Assembly: GCF_009834535.1 (NCBI RefSeq)
Contig: NC_045696.1
Span: forward strand, 58,406,001-58,470,000
Direction: 5' to 3'
DNA length: 64,000 nucleotides
Source of the DNA: Camelus ferus
Lineage: Eukaryota
The notes under the pieces were generated by a model that saw only the letters and a program-made list of their open reading frames with translations, was not told where the DNA came from and did no database searches. Below are positions 51,256 to 61,650 of this stretch, piece by piece (the first letter of the stretch is position 1; each line of letters opens with the position of its first letter). A program made the position numbers and the translations under genes.

Positions 51256-51460
51256 TTTTTTCTTTTTTTTTATTTTAATTTTTAAAAATGTTTTTTCCTT
51301 CCAGTTTATTGATACACAGTTGACATATAGCATTGTATATTTGGGGGGGATAATTAGGTTTTTTTAATTTATTTTTTTTTTAATGGAAGTACTGGGGATT
51401 GAACCCAGGACCTCATGCATACTAGGCACACACTCTACCACTGAGCTATACCCTCTCCGC
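51256..51460 (-). mobile_element. Extended tRNA-Ala-derived SINE (vic-1-type) carrying an L1-like 3' terminal segment
   Basis: Head at 51384-51460 with intact A and B boxes; perfect 17-bp TSD ttggcttcactttttct at 51239-51255 and 51461-51477. Confidence 0.9.
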
Positions 51461-51479
51461 TTGGCTTCACTTTTTCTAG

Positions 51480-52500
51480 TTACTTTTTCTTTTACTTTTA
51501 ACTTGTTTTTGACTTTTATTTTTAAAATTAACATACAGTTAAATTGACTTTTTTCTCTGACGTGTGTAGATTTGTGTAACCATCTTGCCATAAAACTCCT
51601 TCATGCTATCACTTTTATTTTTTAATTGCACAAGTAATTTAAGAACAATATTGATGACATTCTTGTTACTGGTGCTGCAAAGTTTAAGGGCTACATAAGG
51701 ATGTAGTGCAGATAATTCAAGTCCCCTCCCCACCCATCCCCCACCCCAAGATTTATTCTCCTCCCCTATTTCTATCTAAACAACAGGGTTTGGTTTTTGT
51801 TTTTAACATAAGTGGGATCATTTCCTATCCATTTTTGTGTGATTTGCATTTTTTCACTCACCAGTAAGGAGGTCTTGAAGAAGTTTTTGTATAAATGTAG
51901 ATATTGGCATATAAATCTACCTCAGTTTTTAAACTTGTGAATAGTATTTTATAATTTACATATGCCATTAATTTTAAACCATTCCCCTGTTGATAGACAT
52001 CTGTCTGCAATCTTCGTTCAAACAATGCAATGCAGATTTGTAAACATAAGTATTTGGGAACGTGTCTAAATGTTTATGACTGACTTCTGGAAGGGAAGCT
52101 ATTGTGCCATGGGGTGAGTGCGCTTGAGCTTTGATAGATAAGGTCTCAGCACAGCTGGCAGTGCATGACAGAGCCTGCATCCTCGTCAGCCATGGATGCT
52201 TTCAGCCATTTCTGTTCCTACTAAACTGGGCCAAGGGGCAACTTGTCCGCAGCTCCCTGGCCTCCAGGGAGGTGAGCATCCCTCTGTGCAGCAATCAGCC
52301 TTCCATATTTCTTCTGTGAACCAATTTTTCCGGCCCCGCGCCCATTCTCCTAGTGGGTGGTCTTTTCCTTCTTGACCTGGAGCTCTATACTGAGGGATAT
52401 TAGTCTTTATTTTCTGTGTTCCAGATGTCCTCTGTTAGTCTGTGGCTTACTTTAACTTTCTCTGTGCTGCCTTTCACTGTATAAAAGCATTACATTTTTG
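51480..52500 (-). mobile_element. Old L1 (L1M-type) 3' region relic hosting the SINE cluster
   Basis: tttaaaccattcccctgttgatagacatctg...aaacaatgcaatgcag...tttcttctgtgaa are typical ancient L1 antisense motifs; similar relics lie at about 26640-27030, 44520-44970 and 52760-53210. Confidence 0.6.
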
Positions 52501-52514
52501 GAGTCATCTAATAG

Positions 52515-52740
52515 CTGGAATGTTTACTGAGCACTTACTGTGGGCCAGGCATTGTTTGAGCACTTTGAAGATTTCCATAGATTAACTCGTTTAATCTTCA
52601 CAACAAAATCCTGTGAAGCGGATATCGTGATTATCCCCATTTTACAGGTTAGGAAAGGGAGACACCAAGAGGTCAAGAAACTTACCAAAGGTCACATGGC
52701 CAAAAAAGTAGGGCCAGGATTAAAACCCAGTCCTAGAGGC
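52515..52740 (-). mobile_element. MIR SINE
   Basis: tttactgagcacttactgtgggccaggcatt...tttaatcttcacaacaa...ttatccccattttacaggttaggaaa. Confidence 0.8.
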
Positions 52741-53443
52741 CTCAGTCTCATCACTGAGCCCTTTGCAAGCCTACCTTTTCCCATTCTGACCTCTAGGATT
52801 TGTGGGTTGCTTGAGAAATCCATCCCTATGGTATAAAAATAGTGCCTTATATTCTGTGATAATATTTTTGTTTGTTTCATTTCATTCTTTAATTCATCTG
52901 GATTTTTCATCTTTTTGCCAGGTGGGAGGAAGGGATTTCCTTTTATTCATTAAGTTTTTTTTTTCCGTGCTTTTTTCTTAACGTTATCTTGTATTTTCTT
53001 ATGTTATTAAAAATGCTTATTTGTACATGCTTTTTGTGGTCACATAATATTCCATTATATAATGGGGCTGTAAATTACTTAACCATCACCATAATGTTGA
53101 AGGTTCGAGTTGTTTACTCTATTTCCCCATTGTAAATCATGCTGCAGGGAACATTTTCCTGCATAAAGATTTGTTCACATGTCAGATTATTTTCTTAGGA
53201 TAGAAGCCTAGAAAAAAAAATGTTAAAAGCTTGTTATCTACATTTTATACTAATGTGAAGAAAGAAACACAAAATCCCAACTTCCTCTTTGCACAAGAAG
53301 AGGGCTGTGTGATCGGTGGAGGCATTCATCGGAGCGTGTCTGCCCCAGGGTGCCTGTGAGTGTGTACAAGTCATTGCATACACAGCTGCAAGCCCTGAGG
53401 TCTCTGGGGGAGGGTGTCACCATGTTAAATTATCAGTTTTTCT

Positions 53444-53557
53444 TTTTTTTTCTTGGGAGGGGTAGTCATTAGATTTCTTCATTTTTAGAGGAGGTACTGG
53501 GGATTGAACCTCATGCATGCTAAGCATGCACTCTACAACTTGAGCTATACCCTCCCC
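53444..53557 (-). mobile_element. tRNA-Ala-derived SINE (vic-1-type) with a small internal deletion
   Basis: gaggtactggggattgaacc-tcatgcatgctaagcatgcactctac...gagctataccctcccc; partial TSD tcagt(t/g)tttct at 53433-53443 and 53566-53576. Confidence 0.88.
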
Positions 53558-54589
53558 GCAAGGCGTCAGTGTTTCTGCTAGCAGCTGTAGGAGCCCCACC
53601 TCCCTGGCATGCCCCGAGCTGGGGTCCAGGCAAGACAACAGGAATGCGGGTAGGAAAATCCAGATTCCTTTTACAGTCCCAGGTACTAGGGAGCTTTCCA
53701 GATTAAACTGGTCCTCTGGAAAATTCTGGTTCCAGGAGCCAAGAAAGTCTCCAGAGCCAGCCTGTAATAAAATCACAAGTGTAACCGAAGTTAATGGAAT
53801 CCAGAGGAATCTGAAGGCTTGGTGTTGATGGGAGGCCAACATTCCCACAACCAGAGAAGAGCGTGGTCTGGGAGCTAACGGGCGGCCTCTGCGCCAGGTC
53901 ATGACAATCAGCCTAAGTGCACTTACACAGCCGATAAAAACCCAACAAGGAAGTTGGGCAGTAAAACTTAATGGCCTATCAAGTCACAATCAGGACAGTA
54001 AAACGCAGTGAGCTGGATACCTTCTCCTGCTGCTAACCCTCCTCCTCTGGCTCTCCCGCGGCCCACACAGCCAGGACAGCCTGAAGGCCAGGCCAGGAGG
54101 CTGGGGTCAAGGCAGTCACCACTCACGACCCACAGTTCCCCCTGGCAGGCGGGTGCCAGCAAGGAAGACGTCTCCTCGCCCAGACCTCTCTCCTCCTCGG
54201 TGCCTGGCCAGGCTCCTCGTCGTAAACTCTGTTTACAGTGTTTATTGCCTAGCCTTAGTATCTTGTTCAGGGAGCAGAGGGAATTGATGCTAGTAGTGAA
54301 AACCATAACGGTATCAAGAGAACTCTTGGGAATGCATGGGAAGCTTCAGAACAACATCCAGCAATGCTGGAAGTTTCCGAAGATGTTTTCCACAGCTAGT
54401 GAGGAGCAGGGCAAGTGTATAAATAGTGGTGGGGAGGGTATGCACACAGTAACTCACTTGGCTGCTAGTCTTACTGAATAGAGGCATTTAGTCATACTAC
54501 CAACTATTTGGCGTGACTTTGGCCACAGAAGAATTTAGTTCTGTGAAACCTTGTGTGCACTGGTGTAAACCTGAACAATACAGCCATGC

Positions 54590-55170
54590 AGTTAATTCAT
54601 TCACAAAGTGCGTGGGACGCCAGCCTCAGTACCAGGGAGGTGGGGGTGAGTGTGAGCGACAACTCAGCCCATATGGACCTTACATCCCAGTTGGATTGGG
54701 AGAGTCGAGTAAGCAGACTACTCCCGCTGTTTTGTGTACAGCTGAGAAAATAAACAGGCGGTTGGAAGTGAGCTGTGATTGGGTGAGGCTTCTTTGGATT
54801 AGGTGGTCAGATAATTTCTCTGTGGAAGTGAAATTTGAGCTCAAGCCTGCCTGATGTGAAGTGGTCAGCCATGCAGAGGCCTGGGGGAAGATCGTGTTCC
54901 AGGCAACAGCACATTAAGAGCCATGAGGGGAGGAATGAGCTTGGTGTGATAGGAAAGCAGAAAGAGGCCACAGGCTGCACAGGAAAGAGTAGAGGGCAGG
55001 AGGGAGATCCCTGAGTTGAGGTTGTAAGGTAGGAGGGTTCTATGGTGTGGGGCTTGTGGCTGTGGTAAGGAGTTTGAGTTTTAATCCAGCTGTGATGGGA
55101 GCCATTGGAAGTTTTAACCAGGGGAGTCTGATCTGATTTATGATTTAAAAAGATGCCCCAGCTACCCCTG
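54590..55170 (-). mobile_element. L2 LINE relic
   Basis: ttcattcac start; tgaaatttgagctcaagcctg, gggaagatcgtgttccaggca and gatgggagccattggaagttttaaccagggg..tgatctgattta are L2 hallmarks. Confidence 0.8.
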
Positions 55171-57599
55171 CACATGAGAAGACAGCAATATAGCAGTCAT
55201 GAAGCACTACAAAATGAAATGTCACAAGTATATGAATGAGAAGTCATTTGTGCGTAGAAGAGAAGTAGGTGGTTCGGTGGGGCTGCAGTGAACTGGGACT
55301 CAAAGCAGGGGCCAGTGCCCGGGTGGACGCTCTGCGTGGAGAGGCCTCATCCATTGGGGTGGGAGCTGTAATGAAGTGGGCTGGGTGCTGGTGGACAGAA
55401 CTTCAGGGAAAAGATCAGCTCATGTGGGCACAGAGACGGGAGCTCCAGCCAGAAGATCCACCTCTTAATCCCATCTGGTTTAACGGTGGCTCTTGGACCC
55501 CAATTTACCCCTTCTCCTGGAGCCATCATTTCTGATGATCTCTGTCCTGTGTCTCATGGGGCTGCTGAGATAAAGTGTGAACGAGCACCTTTGTTACTCA
55601 GGGGAGTCCTGCGAGGCTGGAAGTTCAGGAGAGAGCCGTGAGTGCAAGCTAAAGAATCTGGCTCCTTCTGGCATGCCCTCCAGCCACCCCTCCTGTGTCT
55701 CAGGCAGGCTTCGCGGGTTGGTCCCTGCTCTTCTTCACAGTGAGCCAGTTCTTCGTCTCCGTCTGTCTCTGGCCCGCACTGATAAAATCCAGCAGGCAGT
55801 GTGGAGTCTATTTGCTTCCCCAGCGGGGCGATGGGTATCAAAGGGCAGAACCTGATAAAGATATAAAGATGAACTCTCTCATCTTCAGGGTTCCTGCCAT
55901 GTTGACTGGGACATTTTGGGAAAAAATAGTGGTTTTTCAATAAGTGGCTTTGTCTTCCTTATTTTCCACCCCCCGGTGCCCACCTTGACCCTGGGCTCTG
56001 CTGGGCTGAGTGGCTCTGACTCAGGTCACTCACTTCTTCCTCTCCAGGGCAGACTGAACTCTTGGGTGACAGACCCAGCAGCAGCAGGAGAGCCTGAGCC
56101 TCCTTTTCTTGGTGTCTCTTCATGCAGAATGAGCACCCCCTGCCCCAGTCATGGGCAGTCAGCCTGGGAGCGGGAGAATGGGGTGGTCATCTTGGGGCAG
56201 GTGCAGGGAGCTACAGGCAGGCCAGGGAGGTTCCTTTAAGAGTTGTAGCGCCTCCTGGCTGTAAGCCCCAGAGAGTGATTTATTTATTTTATTTTAGCAA
56301 GAACGCCCCAAAATGTTTGTCTTAATATATATTGTGGTAAGTCAGTAGACTCTTCCCTAGAATATCCAATTTACTCCTGACATGTGGATCTGCACAGAAG
56401 GATACCTGAGCCTGGACGCCTGTGAGGACAACTCTGTGTTCTTCCACCCCCACCCCTGGAGTGATTGCCTTGGGGTTGGGCTTTCTTTGCCTTAGCCTCT
56501 TAACCAGGGGTCTGTGAGCCCGTCAAGGGGTTCGGAGTCCTCTGAAGTTACACATAAGTATGGAGTATATACACATCAGGATGGGAGAAGGGAAGAAGCT
56601 TTCATGAAATTCTTAAGAATATCAGTGACCCAGAAGTCCCAGAGTCTGCCCTGAGCTGAGGACGACACTCTCCCTTTTGCTATTGGTTTGATGTTTGCTG
56701 CCTGCAGGGAGAGGTCTGCCGGGAGTCCCGAGCTGAACTGTGAGCTGTGTGTTTTCCATCTGGGGGACAGCTCAGTGAAATAGAAACAGCGCTGCATGCT
56801 CTATATGCTTCAGGTACATCCTGTTCAATGCGCTGTTATAGTCGCTCCTGAGAATATGCATAGAAACTATATGAAATTGTTTCTATGGGGAAACCACATT
56901 TTCAGTTCCAAACAATCAACTTACCAAAACAAAACAAAAACCCTTTGTACCTCAGTTATTTAGAAAGTGCAGATGTGTTACAATAGCAAAAAATGTTCAT
57001 TTCTGGAAAATAGTGTGATTATGTTTCAATATCATGATGACCTTGATAACCCTGCAGTTCACGGGGTCCTGAGTGGGCTCTAGTCAGCCAATGAGCCCAC
57101 TGGTGTCCCTCTTCCTTGGACCCATTTAAGAAGGACCAACATGTTGGTGCTGTTAAGAATTGTGGCCACCCCCTCAGCTGGATTTCATCAGTGAGTTTCC
57201 TCCACCAACTCATTTCATGGCTCCCCCAGAGCGGCTCTGTCCAGAGGAAGGCTTGCTGCGTTGGCCTGGGAGCTCGAGGAATACTTAGATTTTCTGTTAT
57301 CAGTGTGTGTGTGGAGGGGTGGGGATTAGAGTAGCCACCACGAGGCCTCTGTGCCTGGGCGGGACTAGGTGAGCTTGGACTGAGGAAGCTGGGAACAGGT
57401 AGGAATGGAAGAGACCTGCTTGTATCTCATTGCCACGTGGAGCTGAGCTCTGCAGGAATGACTTTGGAGGAGACAGGAACTTTTGTCCCAGTCAAGTGCT
57501 CAGATGGAGGCTGGAAAGCTGTTCCTTTGGCTTAGAGGCTTCTGGAAGGTATGGGCGGTCTCCTCTGATAATATTAGTGTGTGTGTCTCCCTGCCTTCC

Positions 57600-57622
57600 T
57601 TTTTTTTTTTTTTTTTTTTTTT
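57600..57622. repeat. Poly-T tract
   Basis: More than 20 consecutive T just outside the L1 3' end. Confidence 0.9.
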
Positions 57623-57659
57623 GGTTCAAATTCATTTTCTTTCTCCCTTTCACCCTTTC

Positions 57660-59856
57660 TTTCTCTTTCTTTCTATTGAAGTATATTTTGATTTACAATA
57701 TTATACTTGTTGCAGGTTTCATATAAATTTTATATGATTTGTTCTAGTTCTTTGAAACATTTCATAGGTATTTTGATAGGGATGCATTATATCTGTAGAT
57801 TGCTTTGGGTAGTATGGACATTTTAACAACATCAGTTCTTCTAATTCATCAACACAGGATCTCTTTCCATTTCTTTATACAATCTTAAGTTTCCTTTATC
57901 TGTGTTCTAAGTTTTCAGAGTGTAAGTCTTTTACCTCCTTGGTCAAGTTTATTCCTAAGTATTCTATTCTTTTTGATGTGATTTTAAACAGGATTATTTT
58001 CTTGCTTTCTCTTTCTGATGATTCATTTTTAGTGTATAGAAAAGCAACAGGTTTGTTAGATTAATCCTATATCCTGCAACTTTACTGAATTCATTTATTC
58101 TCATAGTTTTCTGGTTGAGACTTTAGGGTTTTCTTTATATAGTACTACGTCATCTGCAGATAGTGACAGTTTTACTTCTTCCCTTCCAACTTGGATGCCT
58201 TTTATTTCTTTTTCTAGTCTGATTGCTGTGGCTAGGACTTCCAACACTATGTTAAATAGAAGCGATGGGAGTGGGCATCCTTGTCTTACTCCTGATTTTA
58301 GAGAAAAGGCTTTCAGCTTTTCACTGTTGAGTATGATGTTAGCTGTGGGTTTGTCATAAATGGTCTTTATTATGTTGAGATATTTTCCATCTATATCCAT
58401 TTTGATGAAAGTTTTTTTCATGTATGGATGCTGAATTTTATCAAATGCTTTTTCAGCATCAATTGAGATGATCATGTGATTTTTATCCCTTTGTTAATGT
58501 GTGGTATCACATTACTTGATTTATGGACTTGTTTTTAATTTAACTACAGTCAGTTACAATGGGTCAATTTCTGGCATACAGTAGTGTCCCAGTCATGCAT
58601 GTACATACATGTATTCGTTTTTATAAAAAGTTATTACAAGGTATTGAATATAGTTCCCTGTGCTACACAGAAGAAACTTGTTTTTTTAAATCTGTTTTTA
58701 TATATAGTAGCTAACATTTGCAAATCTCAAACTCCCAAATTTATCCTTTCCCACCCCCTTTCCCCTAGTAACCATAAGGTTGTTTACTGTGTCTGTGAGT
58801 CTGTTTCCGTTTTGTAGATGAGTTCGTTGGTGTCCCCTTTTTTTCTTTTTTTAGATTCCACATACAAGTGATATCATATGGCATTTTTCTTTCTCTTTCT
58901 GGCAATTTATGGATATTGAACCATCCTTATATCCCTCAGATAAATCAAACTTGATCATGGTGTATGATCCTTTTAATATATTGTTTAATTCAGTTTGCTA
59001 ATATTTTGTTGAGGATTTTTTCATCTATATTGACCTGTAATTTCCCTTTTTTGTAATGTCTTTGTCTAGTTTTGTTATCAGGGTACTGGTGGCCTGGTAG
59101 AATGAATTTGAGAGTGTTCCTTCCTCTTCAATTTTTTAGAATAGTTGAGAAGGATGGATATCAGCTCTCCTTGATGTTTGGTAAAATTTCCTTTTGAAGC
59201 TTCTGGTCTTGGACCTATGTTTGCTGGGAGATTTTTTTTTAAATTATTATTACGAAGTCAGATTCACTAATAGTGACTGTCCTGTTCAGATTATCTGTTT
59301 CTTCCAGATTCAGTCTTGGAAGGTTGTATGTTTTTAGAAATTTTTCTATTTCTTGATTGTCCAGTTTGTTGGCATATAACTTTGTAGTAGTCTCTAATGA
59401 TTTTTTGTATCTCTGCAATAGTGGTTTTTATTTCTTCTCTTTCATTTCTTATTTTATTTGGATCTGCTTTTTTTCTTGATGAGCCTGACTAATGGTTTAT
59501 CAATTTTGTTTATCTTTTCAAAAAACCAGCTCTAGGTTTCCTTGATCTTTTCTATTGGTCTCTATTTTATTTATTTCCTCTCTGATCTTTATTATTTCCT
59601 TCTTTCTGCTGACTTTGGACTTTGTTCTTCTCTTTCTAATTCCTTTAGATGGTAGATTAGGTTGTTTATTTGAGATTCTTCTTGTTTCTTAAGGAAGGCC
59701 TGTATTGCTGTAAACTTCCCTTTCAGAATGGCTTTTGCTGCATTTTGGAGTGTTGTGATTTCATTTTCATTTATCTTGAAGTATTTTCTGATTTTCTCTT
59801 TGATTTCATTGTTGACCCATTGGGTTTTTAGTAGCATGTTGTTTAGTCTCCATGTG
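57660..59856 (-). mobile_element. Degraded L1 with ORF2 linker and reverse-transcriptase remnants, internally deleted, with a nested insertion
   Basis: Minus-strand ORFs 58101..58475 ([16 protein letters not shown]...GVRQGCPL...[10 protein letters not shown]...ADD) and 59592..59837 (QWVNNEIKEKIRKY...AAKAILKGKF) are L1 ORF2p; the frame is broken. Confidence 0.95.
58528..58904 (-). mobile_element. Younger L1 3' UTR fragment nested inside the older L1 ORF2
   Basis: Flanked by the duplication atttatgga (58519-58527 and 58905-58913); removing it restores continuous ORF2-type sequence. Confidence 0.88.
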
Positions 59857-60479
59857 TTTTCCTTTCTTGTCCTTCTTGTCTTTTCCCAGCATCAGTAGTA
59901 GAATTGTGGTGCTTTCAGCTCCCGCACAATGTCACCCTCCACAAGAAGGCTGAGCCACATCCCTGCCATCCACTCAGCCTTGTTTATGTGTGGCCCCCTC
60001 GCAGCCAGGTTTCCCTTTAGGGGGGACTCCATTCTGAACCAGTCTGGTCCTCCTCACCTCACAGCCCCTCTAGCAGAGACTCTAGAAAGTACTCTTTCTA
60101 CTAAAATGAAAGCAGTTTACAAACGTTCTGACCTTAGTGTCACCCACAAAGTGGTGGTTTCCTTTTTAAGATATCTAATATTATTTATGGCATCTTACTG
60201 CATTCAAGTGACTGTGAGGAGAGGAGGGCAAAGCAGTCTTTATCCCAAGAAAACGACAGTTTGAAAATGTCACGTCGGCTCCCTGTGCCTGTCGTATCAT
60301 ACCACCTCCCTTGTGGGGATGACTGGAACTTAATTTTTCTCCATACTCTTCCTTCTGTGAATTCTTATTCCTGAGTCAAGGCTCAAAATCCCTTCTGTCT
60401 TGGAGAAGATGGTGGTGGTGTTAGCGTGGTGCTAGGAAGCACTCGCTCCTGGTGGCCATGGCCTCTGGCCATATTGCTT

Positions 60480-60665
60480 GGCTTTTCCACTCAGCTCTGT
60501 GACCTGTGGCTGCGTATGTAGCCTTGGGCAGTCATCCATCCTTTTGGGGCCTCAGTTTTCTCATCTGTAAAATAAAGATGGTGTAGTTCATACTTTGTAG
60601 GGCTGTGGTGAGGTTATAAAGCATTTAGAGCAGTGCCTGGCACACAGGACCCCCCTGCATGTCGC
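60480..60665 (+). mobile_element. MIR SINE
   Basis: ccttgggcagtcatcc...gcctcagttttctcatctgtaaaataaagatg...aaagcatttagagcagtgcctggcaca. Confidence 0.8.
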
Positions 60666-60886
60666 CAGCATTTTTCATGTAGTTATGTTGTTTTTGTCTC
60701 TCGCACCCCTCCCACCCCCCAGTGGATCAGGCTAAAGATATCTTTTCTCTGAGCTGGTGCTTGTTCTTCTTTTCTCCCAGGGACCCCTGGTGTCTGGGCT
60801 TGGGGCCCAGCTGTCTTCCAGAGGCAGGGAACATCCCTGGAGCCTCTGCGCCATGGGAATGGGTTTCTCTCGATTTCTTCCCACAG

Positions 60887-60957
60887 GGTGTGGACACTGT
60901 AAGAAAATGAAGCCAGAGTTTGAGAATGCAGCAGAAGTCCTCCATGGAGAAGCAGAC
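60887..60957 (+). CDS. PDIA5: PDIA5 exon 12 (71 nt): (W)CGHCKKMKPEFENAAEVLHGEAD, second CXXC active site
   Basis: Acceptor tttcttcccacag|GG, donor GAC|gtaagc; CGHC codons at 60889-60900; phase 1 to 0. Confidence 0.97.
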
Positions 60958-61489
60958 GTAAGCTTCCTTTCCTTAACCTCCCCCACCGCTCTCTCCTAAA
61001 GAGTCAGTGATAGGATCATTATGATGACTTGCCCCTGTGAGCTGTACAGCAGCTTTCCTATCCCTGGAGGCCTGCGGTACTTCTGTGTCCCCAAGTAGAC
61101 GTGTCTTAGATAGGTGGGGTCCCCACCAGGGATGGAGAGGTGCAGAGACACCATGGGTCATGTGCTCATATCCATCCAGGTGACCTCTGCCAGGTCATGG
61201 CTCTAGGGTGAAGCCCCGAGCTTTTGCCTCTTTTCTGTGGGGTCTTGCCTGTCGGGAATAGCCACAGTCTACACAGCCTGGTTGGTGGGGCAGATTAAAA
61301 GGCTTCGTCTCGGAACAAATGAGAAATGATGGACATGCTGGTGTCCAGTTGTTCCTGGGATGTACAAAGTCCCCTGCCCCTAGGAAGTTCTGGCAGGCCT
61401 GGGTGGGTTGGGGGCTGGTGTCTGGGCCACTCTTCTGCCAGCACTTCGTCTGAGGCTGTCATGCATGGTTGGCCTCTCCCCCGTCCCAG

Positions 61490-61650
61490 AGCTCTGGTGT
61501 CCTTGCAGCTGTCGATGCCACTGTCAACAGGGCCCTGGCAGAGAGATTCCACATCTCCGAGTTTCCTACACTCAAGTATTTTAAGAATGGAGAGATACAC
61601 GCAGTGCCCACGCTCAGAACAAAGAAGAGCCTTATTGAGTGGATGCGAAA
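61490..61650 (+). CDS. PDIA5: PDIA5 exon 13 (161 nt): SSGVLAAVDATVNRALAERFHISEFPTLKYFKNGEIHAVPTLRTKKSLIEWMR(N)
   Basis: Acceptor ctcccccgtcccag|AGC, donor AAA|gtaagt; thioredoxin-fold FPT motif; phase 0 to 2. Confidence 0.97.

Noticed and set aside
51384..51460. tRNA-Ala-like sequences as real tRNA genes (also at 7832, 25217, 42598, 51123, 53490)
   Set aside because: All have A-rich tails, mostly TSDs, and stem or anticodon-arm mutations or deletions; they are SINE copies.
58101..58475. Reverse-transcriptase ORF as an active or domesticated RT gene
   Set aside because: Short piece of a broken L1 ORF2, interrupted by a nested insertion; the catalytic motif reads SADD and flanking frames are disrupted.
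8314..61489. Minor-spliceosome (U12) or non-canonical introns
   Set aside because: All donors are GT(A/G)-type U2 sites and all acceptors are YAG; no GTATCCTT or ATATCCTT donor at any exon end.
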